Position numbers and translations under genes: made by a program. The notes beneath the pieces were generated by a model. That model was not told the DNA's origin. It did no database searches and saw nothing but the letters and a program-made list of their open reading frames with translations. A DNA stretch of 63,985 nucleotides, counting the filler, from Neoconidiobolus thromboides FSU 785 (taxonomy: Eukaryota; Fungi; Entomophthoromycota), in assembly GCA_025603075.1 (NCBI GenBank). It is 6 parts of 6 records of this genome, joined end to end, with 100 filler letters (N's around TTAATTAATTAA, not from the genome) between each part and the next. Parts side by side here need not be neighbours in the genome. Positions count along the whole stretch, not along the records: positions 2,678 to 32,227 come from MU626490.1; 5 more parts are not named here. One strand, 5' to 3'. Every line of letters begins with the position of its first letter. Within the stretch, counting starts at the first letter, position 1. Below are positions 13,580-27,323 of the stretch, piece by piece.

Positions 13580-16341
13580 TTAATTCGTTAACACCTGTTG
13601 TACTTTCTTTGTAGTAGTATTACTCGTTGTTGGAGATCCCGTTAAACTAGGTTGATCAAAGCCAGCAGTATTAGCTACAAGCGAAATACAACGTAATAAC
13701 ATGGGATGGTTTTGTTCATCTGTAAATTCAGAACCTAACTGAGCCAATAGAGAAGAGTAGATAGCATTTAGTGGTAATGCTAAATTAGGACCTGGGAAAT
13801 GGGCTTTTTCCATTAATATACGATAGCATAAATTAGCTTTGGATGAGTTTTCATCGGTACTGATTTTAGCATGGAGAGAGGCTGTGACTGCTCGGATCGT
13901 TTGAAGGTAAACATGATCTAAAGGGAAATGAAAATGAGTTTTATAAATTAAAATATTAGATAATAAACTTACCAGAACTATTAGAAGCATGAGTAAATGC
14001 ATCAGAATAGAGGTGTGCAATATTAGCTAAAATAGATAATAAATTTTTGCCTTTGATGGAAAAAAATAATAAATCATAAATTAAGCATCTTATTGAAAAC
14101 ATATCTTGAGTAGCTAAACTTAAAGCAGAAAAGATACGTGTTAAAGAACTAAAATTACAATAAATTAATAAAAAATAAAAAATAATTTTAAAAAATAAAA
14201 CTTACATTGTATATCCTCTATCTTCTTTCGTTTGACAACCAATAACAATCAAATTATTTGTAAGTTGAAATAATTGAGGTAAGATAGGTAACTAAGTATA
14301 AATGATTAATATATTTAACTCTAAATAAAATATTAATATTTTTTACCTTTGGAAACTTAATGGACATTGTAAGTAAATAAATACTAATTTTTCTTTCCCA
14401 GAGTAATAATTGAGTTGGTATATTTCTACGATAACTTTCATCAATAATGATAGTTTCTAAATCGGAACAAGTAGAAGGTAAAGTAGAATCAAGGATGGGT
14501 GATTGAATAGAAAAAGATCTAATAATCGTCAATAAAGAATTAAAAAAAGTTAATAAATTTGTTGAATTTAAATCAGTAAAATGTGAAAACAATTGAGAAT
14601 TCATAACTTTTTTGCCATCCGAAATTAAATTCAATGCGTGGGAGATAGAGGCTTCATCTGAGATATACATTTTTGGTGAATTGCTTATTTGTTGATTAAA
14701 TTTCTTTTCGAATTTACCATTCCATAAACAATCGGATGTAAAATTTTTGTCAAATTCCAAACTATTTTTTTTAAATAAAATAGGATCTTGAAATAATTCT
14801 TCTTCAAATAAGTTAGGTTCAATAAAATTAAATATTTGTAATGAACTACTAGTGGTAGAAGCAGAATCAAATTCTGAATTTGATTGAGTAAATCCTCGTG
14901 GTGAGCCTACAACATTCATTTCATTCATTGGTGTTTGTAATTCAGAACTACAAATTAACTCTTCACTTCTCATTCTTTTGGTTTTCATTGGTTCTCGTTC
15001 AATTAAAGTACTCTCATTACTACTCATGATGCTTTGAACATCTTTGTCGTTTGATGTAGTACTAGTATTATTACTATTATTATTATTGTTATCATTGTTA
15101 CTATTATTAGTGTCTTTAACTAATAATTCTGCTTTCATACTAGAGATCTGTTCTTGATGAGCAATTGCTAAACTTTCCAAATAGTTTTTTGTTTTATTAA
15201 TCAACTCTAAATTTTCACTAATTTCTTTAACTTTAGTAATTAAATTACTAATGCTTTCACTCACTTCTTGATCACTATTAATCAATCCTGCTTCAATCAA
15301 TTGTTGAAAGCAATTAATCACAATATTCTTATTGATATCAATATTTAATATTAAATTCTTAATTAAATATGACTTTTGTTTTCTTGTTTTTGGTTTCACT
15401 TTATAAGGGAATCCTACGTTTGGTTGCGGAATAGTATTAGTGGCAGTGGAGCTATTACCTGCTATACTAGGGGTGCCAATAACAGATAAGATTAATATCT
15501 TTAATTTTTTAATTAATGGAAAGAGTGGGGAATCAAGAGGAAGTATAGCTTCTTTATCATTCAATATCTGAGTAGGATTCAATAAAGCATTATCTAAGAT
15601 AGTCACTTCTTCCTGATATTTACCAATTTGGATATAATTTTTATCTAATTTGTAATAGTTATTTTGTAATTCTAAATGGCTCTCTTTACTCATGCTACCC
15701 TTATTTAATAAGGCTGCTTCCAAACTTTTGATCCTTTGGTCTCTATAAAAAAATAGAAGGTTAGTTAATTTTTGTTCTTTAAATTAATTTAATATTAGCT
15801 ACTTACTTTTCGCCTAGTTCTTTATTAAGTCGATTGATCTCCCTAACTTGGAAGGAATTTTTTGCTTGTGAAATTTGGTTCTCTTTCACTTTAGACTCCA
15901 ACGTAGTTTTAATGTTCTAAAAAAAAGAATTCCATTAAACACCGTCACTTTAAAAAAGAATACAAATCATCGTACCTCTAATGACGTGATCTTGACATTG
16001 AGAGTCTTAACTTCCTCAACTTTTAAATTCAAACTAGCCATAGCATTAGCCGATGTTTCCAATAAAGTGAAATATTGGTTTTGAAGAACTGAAGCTTGAG
16101 CAAACATTTCATCCCTTTCTCTTTTTAATTTACTATATTCCACCATCATCTTATTCAAATTTTCTTTAGCCAATTTTAATGTCTTATGTAACTCAATATT
16201 CTCATAATTTCTCTCTTGTAACATTTTCAAGATCATAGCATCTTCAAATATGTTTCCTTTTAATTTTTGTAAGTTGACTTGACTAGCTGCAACTGGTGGT
16301 TTATTTTTGGAACTTGGCTTGGTACTCATCTCTGGTGGCAT
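13580..16341 (-). CDS. Multi-exon protein of unknown function with N-terminal coiled coil
   Basis: ORFs 15967-16341, 14254-15723 and 13580-14020 can be joined by GT-AG introns; true start uncertain. Confidence 0.6.
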
Positions 16342-17156
16342 TGTTGTTCGTGATAGTATATGGTGTTAATGGTTCTATATGACGGTATGATTTTTTTATG
16401 AAAGTTATCTATTTACTACTCTTCTATGATCCGATTTTGTTGGAACTCAAGTTACTCTCGCCTCGTAATTCCTGTCTTTTTGAAAAAAAACCAAAATTCA
16501 ATGTATGAAGAAATTTCTTAATTGAGCTTTCCAAATCGAAGCGAAAGTAAAAGCCAGGTTTCACTTAGTTAACCCAATGATTGATCTAGAAAGAATTAAC
16601 TAAGTGTTTTATTGGTAAAGTGGAAAACCAGCCGACTGTAGCACGAGAGCTGATTGGAGGATTTTGTTTAAATCATTTTATCCACCTAATAATAAAAGTA
16701 AAAGTGAAAGGGTTATTCGGGTGAAAATTTAGCTGAAGAATTAGGGATAATTAAATTTATTTGAAGGTTCAAATAATTGATTAATGTTGTTGGTAAAAGT
16801 CGTATATGAAAATTAAAGGGTAAATATATACTTTGTATGTTTTAAATATTTATTTTTCCATCTATTTTTAAAGATGATGAGTTTGACTTTGCTTTGTTTA
16901 ATGGCATAATTAATTCCTATTGGAATAAATTACTTATTTGGCTGAAATACATTAAAGAATTAGAATTGTAATCAGTTGTTATAATTCAATGTTTACTTTT
17001 ATTTTGAAATTACATTACTCTATATTTTGTCAATTATAAAATATTTATTTTAAAAAAAATAAATAAACCTAAAAAAAGAATATAAATTTGATGTACTAAT
17101 AATGATATTTATTTAATAAGAAAGAAAATATATAATAAAAACAATAATTATAGGGC

Positions 17157-18702
17157 TCAATTTTTGTACCCTTTAAAATATTTTGGTTTAGCAAATATAG
17201 GTGTTTGTGGAATAGTAAGTGCTTTTTGTGATGGTTTTGGAATAAAAAAATGATATTTTGGCATTGGTTTCGCTTTAAACTCATGTAATTTTTTTTCTGC
17301 TAAATATTGATTCAATTCCGTTTTCTATAAAACAAAAGTACATTAATTAATATGTAAAATTAATAGAAATATACGTAAAAGCTGGGCAAAGAAGACTTAA
17401 TAGTAATATTCTTAACTAATTACCTAAAGTTGTTATCATTTTAAATTAAAATGAATGACACTAATATTATTATATATAAAATTTTAATATTAATATTTGC
17501 TTTCCCATGCTATAAAAAATTAAATTACTTACCCTTTGGAGTTCCTCTTCCATTTTTCTACGTTTTTCTCTTTGTTCCATTTTTTCAAGTACTTGTAAAT
17601 CAAATGTTTGTCTTCTTTTAGCTTGTTTCTCTGAATGTAATATAAATGGTTCAATTTTAGTTGGTGGTTTACTACATCTTTTGATTGGAATAGGTTTAAA
17701 TTTTGGCATTGGCAAGGCAGTAAAACTAGTTTGTTCTTCATTATCTTTTCTTTGTTGTAATGATTGGTGATATCGTACTCTTTCTTCAGATTGAAATCTA
17801 AATGGTTCTGGAATTGTAGGTGGACGTGGTTCGACACCAATAATATTCTACTATTTTATTAATATCATAATATTAAACAATCAAATTAAACCTACGTTTC
17901 TAACTATTTTTGGTAAAGGTAGAGCTTTAAATTTTCTAGCTTTTTCCAATTCTTCCTTTTCCTTTTCAAGCCTTCTTTGGAATCTTTCTCTTTTTCTAGC
18001 TGTAATTTCATCACTAGGAAATTTAAATGGTATAGTTTTAGTGAGTTGTTTAGATCTCTTTTTAATAATAGTTTTGACTTTAATATTTCTATTTGGCTGT
18101 CTGTTATGATACTGTTCGTTTTGACTTCTTTCTGTACTGTGTAATTCTGAAAATCTAAATTCTTTAACTACTGTCAATGGTGTTTTCTTAACTTTAGGAA
18201 CTCCAAAATCGCCACTTGAATTCATGATTCTAGGATCAAGGGGAAGTGCTTTAAATGGCTTGACTTCTTGGATGATTGGGTTATGGTGATGTACCTTTGC
18301 TCTTAGTCTTGTTTGTAAACGTGGTGATCTGGGCTGAGTCAACTCTTTTCTCTCCGGTTTTTTAGTAGTAGTATTTTCATCACGCTTTATTCTCGGTTTA
18401 GATAAAAATCTGTCAGGTACTTCGTTAACTATTTTACGCATTCTCTCAGCCAATGGTATATAAGGTGAGCCTGGCTCATTGCTCTCCGATGTTGCACTTG
18501 TAATTGGTTTTGATTGGCGTATTGGTACACGAAATGGCTGTTTTGGAGTTGAGTTGCCATTTTGTTTAACTATTTGTTTTTGTTGTTTGCTTTGACTTAC
18601 AGCTTTTGAAGTAAGTTTTACAGGTCTTGAGCCGCTATTACCACGGATCTTTCTTGGACTGAGCTTGCTGAACATTGTTACTTGACTTGCTCTTTCTATC
18701 AT
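17157..18702 (-). CDS. TPX2: TPX2-like microtubule-associated protein (3 exons)
   Basis: Repeated FKALPL / FKAKPMPK motifs, GDFGVPKVKKTPLT, PFxLHSE..RRxxFD segment. Confidence 0.8.
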
Positions 18703-20384
18703 TTTTTATTCAAAAATTGGAATAATTTAAAAATTACTTTGTGTTTTTATGGTAAGTTTCTTTTACTGAAATGATCCTTTTTAAGCCAATCATCCTTTGG
18801 CTTAATTTAATATTTTAAGGGATTAAAAAATGATCCTTGAACCAATAAGATAACACATTGTAAGAATTTAATTCTTAGACTTATGTCATCTTGGTTTCAA
18901 ATGGAACATATTCTTTGACAGCAAATTTTATACAAAATGTAATAATTACTAGGTAGATGTTAGTAAAATAAAAGTGACCAAAATATTTGAGTATCAATAA
19001 AGCTTCTACAATTCTATTCCGAAATAATTTTGCAAGATTTTTAGAATCTTTTGTCTGTTTATTTGGTCTTTTTAATACATTAATCGTTAGATTTCGGTAT
19101 AATTTTAGCAAAATTTTGTTCTTAAATGAACAGTTTGTTAAGTCGTAATAGAATTACAACATTTGTAATGGGCTAAAAGATCATTTAAAAATATTATTAT
19201 GAAAAAACTTGTGTATAGAGACAATGTTAGATATATCTTTGAAACTACAATATAAAAAATAGATATAAAATGTAATCTCAATTTCATTGTTTTTGTAATT
19301 TTTCCTATCTATGTTCATGTTTAGATTTTTTATAGTGTATGCTTATGTTGATATAAAAACATAATCTAGTTCAAAAATCACTTACATTTTTAAAAATTGA
19401 TACAAATACAAAGTGACAATTCAATGAACAAAAAACTAACTAAAAATACCCAGCCCTTTTTTAGATGTCCTTAGAATACTCAATACTAAAATTAGGTTGT
19501 TTAAGAGAGTATGGACTCCTCCTCCTCTGTTGGTACCTTTTGTTCTAAGTAAAGCATAGAAAGGTGTAGTTTATTTCACAACCTTTGGATAGAATTTCTA
19601 AAATAAAAAATAGGCTGTAAAACGAAACCTATTAAAAGTGATAATACTAGGTACAATAAAAAACGAAACAAGTTAATCAAATGAATTTTATTGCGGTTTA
19701 AGTTATTATACTAGATTTTTATAATAATTATATACTTATAATAATTACCTTAAAGTAATATAATAAGTATTAAAGTTTTTAGGCTTTTTTACAAATATTA
19801 CTTATCAAATTTTTTATTTATTTACTTAAGCAAGCATAAACTTAAACAGTACTTTTTGGTGACTGTAAAAATAAGAGATGAGAATTATTTATTTTTGTAT
19901 CAGGTTATGAGGGTTAAAGTTGGTAGTAAAATTTATATACGAAAATGTTTCGTTTAAGCTCATTATACAAAAATATTTGATGTGTCTATAGTCCCTATCT
20001 TATCTTTAAATCTTATACCTAAAATTTATTATATTTAAATATTTTTAATAAAAACTTCGGGTAGATAAATATTCAACCAAAAGGTATGACAACAAAATGC
20101 TTCCATTTAAGGGATGACGTTTCAGATTGAGCTCATAACTGCTTAATTTTCCCAAATATAGACGAGAAAGGTAAGTTATCAACACAAATAAGCGAATATT
20201 AAAATTTATCAGCATGATTAATGCAAGCAAATTGAGCCAATTAATTGTTGGATTATAGAAAGGAGCAGTTAAGCTAAAATGTAAATCCTTACAATTTTCT
20301 TGCCACTCTTTACATCAAGCAGAAAAATATATCGCTATTAACAATTTCAATTTATATATACTAAAGCTATAATTTAATATCAGG

Positions 20385-22929
20385 ATGAAAAGCTTTCGTA
20401 ATAAGGTAGGCTTGTTTTTTTAGAATATACTTTTTGTAAGTTATTAAAAAATATTAACCGCTTTTAGCTTTTAAGGACCAAAAACTCAAACGATAATACT
20501 TCAAAAAATACCCCTTCCAACCAAAACTTTGCTTCAAACGGAGCTTTTCCAAACGATGCCAACAATAATAATCCAAATGTAGTAAACAACTATCCAGTAG
20601 AAAATAGGGGTGGAATGGACTTGGACTCTCATAATATGGTAATCTAGTTATCCAACTTATAATTGTTTGATACTGATATACTATTAAAAAAGGGAAACAA
20701 TGAGCATATGAATATTCATGAGATGGGCCAAAATCCCCATGTTGGCGGTCCCCTTGGTTGGATCAAAAATACCGCCCCTTCATCTATACCAATTGCAAAA
20801 TCAAATCGTCGTCATCGTAACTCTCGGTTGTATGCTAGTGAAAATAGAGAACTTGAAAGACTACCATTAATTAAAAGTAAAATTTTTAAAATCCTATTGT
20901 TGTTATAAAAGCTAATTATTTTAGACACTATAAACAACGATGAAAAGAATGCGTTATTTCAACAAAAACTTGAACAATGTTGTGTAATTTTTGATTTTCA
21001 AGATCCAGAATCAGATATTCCAGGGAAAGAAATTAAAAGACAGGCATTATTTGAACTTGTTGAATATATTACCACTTTTAGGAACGTAATCGGTGAAAAT
21101 ATTTATCAACTTGTTTTTAAAATGGTATTTAAATTAAGGACTACAATCTGTTTGATTAATAATAGTTAGTTTGCTACAAACTTATTTAGATCTCTCCCAC
21201 CTCAAATTAATCCTTCTGGGGACGCGTTTGATCCCGAAGAAGATGAACCAGTACTTGAAGCTGCTTGGCCACATTTACAAATTGTTTATGAGTTCTTTTT
21301 AAGATTTATAGAATCACCCGATTTCAATCCAAACATTGGAAGAAAATATGTTGATCAACCATTTATACTTCAAGTATAATCTTCATGTCAATGTTATGTC
21401 ATCAAGCTAATTCATTTTTTAGTTATTAGAGCTTTTTGATACTGAAGATCCCAGAGAAAGAGATTTTCTTAAAACCACGTTACATCGAATTTATGGGAAA
21501 TTCCTTAATCTCAGAGCTTTTATACGCCGATCAATTAATAATATATTTTTCCGTTTTATTTATGAAAATGAAAGGCATAATGGTATTGCCGAACTTTTGG
21601 AAATTTTGGGAAGGTAATTATATGTAAAATTTTGAATTTGTGAGATGCTAACTATTATTCTAGTATTATAAATGGATTTGCCTTACCCTTAAAGGAGGAA
21701 CATAAATCTTTTTTAACTAAAGTACTTATTCCACTTCATAAAACAAAATCCCTTGGATTATATCACCCGCAGCTTGCCTATTGTATTGTACAGTTCCTCG
21801 AAAAGGATCCATCCCTTACTGTTGAAGTAATTTATTGTGACTTTTAGTTTATTTTTATTAATTCATTTAGTTATTTCACGGACTCTTAAAATACTGGCCA
21901 AAGGTTAACAGTCCTAAAGAAGTAATGTTTCTAACTGAAATCGAGGAAGCATTGGATGTGATTGAGCATGAAGAATTTTGTAGAATTCAAGTACCACTTT
22001 TTCAACAAATCGCAAGATGTGTGTCTAGTCCTCATTTTCAAGTAAAAATAATTAAATATAAAATGCAATCAATTCATCTTTTTTTAGGTTGCTGAAAGAG
22101 CGCTTTTTTATTGGAATAACGATTATATCATAAATTTAATGTCTGAAAATGCATCTGTAATATTACCTATCATGTTTGCTTCTCTTTATAAAAACTCAAA
22201 AATGCATTGGAATAGGTAAATTCATTTTGTACCTTTATTTTGATTCTAAACTGTCTGCTATAGAACAATACATGGGCTTGTTTATAATGCTTTAAAAGTA
22301 TTTATGGATATGGATCCAGGACTATTTGATCGATGTGTCAATACATTCAAGCTCAATCGTAAGCTGTAAGTAGTTAGGATTAGTTAAAATAATTAGTTAT
22401 TAAGATATTATAGTGAAGCCAAACAACAAGAGCGTAGAGATCAATTCTGGTCTTTGATTGAAAGAAAAGCAAAGGAAAATTCAGAGAAATTGCACCTCTC
22501 ATCTTCTATTTCACTCCCACTTGCTACTCCAGTTGCACCAGGTAGATTAATTATTTAACTATACTACAATTTTATAAACTATAATTAGCATCGAATGTTA
22601 ACTCTTCTGCTGAAGTTGATAATGATCCGGCTTTAGAAGATGATGATAGAGAACAATTGGATGTTTTAGAAAAAGAACTTGTAAATTTAATTTATGTTAT
22701 ATATAAATAAACTTATTGTATTTTTCAGGAATCTGGGGAGCCAAGACCAGCTTATAATATGTTCCGTCGTAAATCTGTATTACCTTTTGATCAAGAAGTG
22801 CTTACTGAACTTTATCAACATAAGTCCTTGGCAGAAGTCATTCCAAGTCATAACGATGATATGGATAGTGAAGATTCAGGCTCCATTAAATCTGAGGATT
22901 GTGGGATAGATCAAGAAGAGGAACTTTAA
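20385..22929 (+). CDS. RTS1: PP2A regulatory subunit B'/B56 (multi-exon)
   Basis: [52 protein letters not shown]; start MKSFRNK inferred from splice sites. Confidence 0.93.
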
Positions 22930-23319
22930 AGATAAACATTGACCTTTTGATCTTGAATTTTTTAAGAGCCAATTCAACTTTAAAATTAATTTAGTTATAT
23001 ACAACTGTATATAGAAAATGAAGCTATTTTTATTTTTTGATATAAATAAGCTAGCTGGCTACCTTGTTTTCTTTTTTAAAGATTTCTATTTTGTACCTTT
23101 TTTTTTAGTTTGCTATTTTCAAATAAAATTATTGAGGTGGTGGATTTAACGAATTTTTTTATAAAGGATATTACATTTAAAGTAGTCTTATAGTTTAATC
23201 ATTGCTTTTTGTGTCAATTGATAGTTTTATAATAGAAAGCAATAAAATTTATTAAGCTTTACTTAAAGTACCTAAAAAAAGTGAGCTTTTAGATTCTCCG
23301 AGAACCTCGCCTCAAAAAA

Positions 23320-23391
23320 CTCCCCATCAGGGAATCGAACCCTGGCCATCACGGTGAGAGCGTGAGATCCTAACCACTGGACCAATGAGGA
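23320..23391 (-). tRNA. tRNA-Glu (CTC)
   Basis: TCCTCAT..ATGGGGA acceptor stem, anticodon stem TCACG/CGTGA with CT-CTC-AC loop, GGTTCGATTCC, T-run terminator. Confidence 0.95.
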
Positions 23392-24262
23392 ATGGCCCTA
23401 CAAAGGGGACATTTCTAATTTAAAAATATTATAATTATACCTTTTCTCTAGCTGGAACCAGCTTATAATAGTAATTAAGGTTGCTGATAATCATAGATAA
23501 TTTAATTAAGAAAAATTTAAACTATCAAAAGTATCGAGTATACTAATAAAAGGAGGAGCATTGGTTAAATTTTTGGTCTTTGTATTATATTTGTGTTTTG
23601 CAGTTGGGGCTATATTGGCACTTATTTTATATTTACATAACACTTATAACTCATTATATTTTTTTGATATATCGTATTAATCGAATAAAGCTTAATTATG
23701 TTATAGAACAAATTGTTTGTTCTTGAATTAAGACATTATCCAATCTTTTAATTAGACATCGTTTTCAACTTTTATTACTAAGGTTCTTCTATTTGTCCGA
23801 TAGGGGTCAATGTTTTTTCACGAAATGTATTTTATATATTAACAGTGGTTGTATAATAAATAAGCATATTTATTAATATAATTATTTATATAATAGTATT
23901 AATTTCATAAGTTTTATGTTCTTTTCGATTTGCCCTTTATTATTTTTTGATTAAAGTTAATAAAAAATTTATCATCAACAAGAATAAATGGAAAGGAGGA
24001 ATTTGGGTATTGCTAAAAAAGGAAAGCTTCTTTTTTGATAATTACTTGGGCCACTTTAATTTACCAAGAATTACTAATGAAATTTAAGGGAGAAAGTGGT
24101 ATTGGGCTAACATAACAAAAAGACTAATAAGTTTAATTCAAAGAGTACAAAAACCCAAAACTAGCCGAATTAAAATAAAACTTGACAAAGCATCAAAAGA
24201 TAGAACAGGGAATAGAAATTTTTACTCTTTTTTGTTTTATCTTAAATTTCTTAAACTAAAAT

Positions 24263-25838
24263 ATGACGACCAATATTGAGTTTAAACAAAAGCCTTTACC
24301 CTACCCTCAATTCTTTATTTTGATGTGTGTCAGGTTTATTGAGCCTGTTGGTTTCACCATCTTATTTCCTTTTGTTTATTTTGTAAGTTGGTCAATTATG
24401 TAATCACCTCATTTATTAATGAATAAAATATAGATGGTCAAAGATTTCAATTTAACTAAAGATGAGAATATGATTGGGTTTTATGCAGGTTTTATATCGT
24501 CTTCATTTGCAGTTGCTGAGTTTTTTTCAGGTAAGTTTTAGGATTCTGTAATTAACTAGTTTATATTAATTTTTATAGGAGTACCATGGGGTATCTTAAG
24601 TGATAGAATCGGTAGAAAACCAGTAATTATGATGGGATTAGTTGGTAATTGTATTACCATGTTAATGTTTGGTATGTCTAAAAATATATATTGGGCTATA
24701 TTATCAAGGTTTGCGTGTGGTATTTTAAATGGTAATATTGGTGTATTAAAATCAATGATTGGCGAAATGTCAGATAGAACAAACAGAGGTAATTTATTAT
24801 TGCTAAAGATATTAAATATTAATTCCTATTTTTAATTAATTAATAGCCGAAGCTTTTGGTTACGCTTCTTTAATGTTTGGAATAGGTTCCATCTTTGGAC
24901 CTATAATCGGGGGTTTTTTATCCAACCCAGTAAAAAACTACCCAAACATATTTGGTGGTAATGAATTTTTAGCTTATTACCCTTATTTCTTACCTTGCGC
25001 ATTTGCATCTGTGTTATGTTTTCTTGGTGTTATTTTTGTTCATATTTATTTAGAAGAAACTTTGACTTCTTTAAAGACAAAGTTAAAAAATGACGAAGTT
25101 GATAATGAAAATGAAGCTCCTTTATTAAATGAGAGTAACAGTAATAGCAATTATAGCTCTATTGGTGAAGATTTAGAATCAAACGGAATTAAAGAAGATC
25201 AAAACATTTCCATTACAACTTGGTATGTAATATTAGCTAATATTGGATTGTCCTTAATGACTGTTATACTGGAAGAACTGTTCCCATTTTGGGCAGCAAC
25301 TAAGATCATGAAAGGGGGATTATCTTTTACCACTTATCAAATTGGAATTGTATTGTCCTTTGCAGGTGTCGTGTTGATGGTATTCCAATTACTTATATTT
25401 CCTAGCTTACAACGTAAAGTCGGTACTTTAAAATTGTTTCAATTGACTTATATAGTTTATGGTCCAATTTTATTATTGTTACCATTTGTTAATTATTTTG
25501 CTTCCAATGGATACACTCATATGTTATGGGTTGCTTTATTTGTTATCTTCGGTATACGCTCTTGCTGTGGTTGTATTGCATTTACAGCATATAATATATT
25601 GTTACCAGAATCTTGTCCAAACAAAAATATTTTGGGCAAGGTAAATGGAATTTCTCAAGCTTTAGGTTCCTTGATGAGAGGTGTTGGCCCTTCTATCTGT
25701 GGTATCTTTTATTCTTGGTCTTTATCTAACTCCACCTTTCCATTCGATTATCACTTTACCTTTATTATCTGTTTTGTTTTATGCGTTGTCAACTATTTCA
25801 TTGTTAAACTTATTTCGCCAGATGGTATTATTCATTAA
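24263..25838 (+). CDS. MFS transporter (DHA1/ZIFL-like), multi-exon
   Basis: WGILSDRIGRKPV motif A, GILNGNIGVLKSMIGE motif, ~12 hydrophobic helices. Confidence 0.9.
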
Positions 25839-25856
25839 TAAAAACTATATATTATA

Positions 25857-26837
25857 TTAGCTATTTTTATTAAATTCAACTAGTTTGGCTTGTTCTTTAA
25901 CTTTTCTTAAGGTAATAGAAATGCGTAATTGTCTCTGTAGCGAAATACTATCGTTAAGATGGTCTACTAAACATTCTTTAATTCCATGACACCAATTGTA
26001 CCTTGCTTCTTTAGTTAAGAAATAAACATCGCCCTTGTTTAAACATAGATTAAAGCCTTCCTTCCATTCTTTGGCATAAGAAGTACCAGTCTCAATCTGT
26101 CTTTTATCAGCTTTAAAAAAAGAAAATAGAACAGAAGAGATCAAAGAGAGACCTAATATGCCATCTTCGAAATTTAATAGATCAAAGTGAGGTTTAATAC
26201 CTTGACCAGGTAAATATAAATTATAAATCGCTTGATTGAACATTGGCTGACGTTCTTTTATTGATTTTGAAAACTCTTTTTGTACAAGTTTAGATTGGAT
26301 GATAGTCATTAGTTTTTTATTAAGTTTTCCAAACTGCATATTTTGATTGCTTTTGAGTTCGGCTGTATCTAAACCATCTGGTTTAGTAATATCAAAATTA
26401 AACAGATCCTCCTTCAACCCCGGAAATATATTTTGTTGTAATATGTCTTTAATTATTTCTTCTTGTTCTTCACTACTTATTAAATTCCTATAAATATATA
26501 AACCTGGGATATGATTTTCGATTATTTTATCTTAGATATTTAGTTTAAGTTTATAATTAAAAGGTATAAAATTACCTTGTTTTAAAATCTCTAATTCCAT
26601 TTCTCTACTGTTATTTTCCTGTGAGGAGTCTGTCTGTGTAAATTCAGCTTCGAGATCACTTTTATCACTTTCTTCATTATCACTTGATTTATTTCTTATA
26701 ATGTTACTAGCCTTTTTGCATCGGTTAAACAATTGTTCAAAGATATCACCAGTATCCTTTGATTCTGAATTATCAATTTTAGTGTCATCTTGTATTATGT
26801 CTTCTATTCTATTATTTATTTTATCCTTCTGATTCAT
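25857..26837 (-). CDS. AlkB-like 2OG-Fe(II) dioxygenase (2 exons)
   Basis: NQAIYNLYLPGQGIKPHFD (HxD), WCHGI, RISITLR. Confidence 0.85.
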
Positions 26838-27323
26838 CTTTGATGTATATTAAATAATTAAAAAATATAAAAGTGCAAATTTATCAATAAAATAGCATAA
26901 CTTTTTCTCTATACTTCACTTTTTTGAAGCTCAAGTTTCAAACTGCTTTTAAATAATTTCTCGTATTTTTCATAGACTGATTTATGGTTTAGGAGTTTTA
27001 AGGGATTTCGTATTTTATTTTTTATTTTTTTAAATATAAAAATATTCCAAAAAGAAATACTATCATGTATAAAAAAGGGAAATTTATCATAAAAAGACTA
27101 TAGTTTTTATATAAAATATATCAGATACATAGAAGATAGAAACATTTGTAAAACCATAGGTAAAACTTATATTTGATAAAACTTATATTTGCAAAATTGG
27201 TATGTAGACATATAATAAAGTTAACAACTTTTTAATTACATTACAGGTTATTCAAATCCAAATATATATAAAACTGTTTATTGATGATAAAAGGGGCCTA
27301 TTATGATACTGGAATAAGATGTT

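Noticed and set aside
23540-23680. Transmembrane-like open frame near tRNA-Glu
   Set aside because: No start codon; T-rich DNA yields hydrophobic translations by chance.
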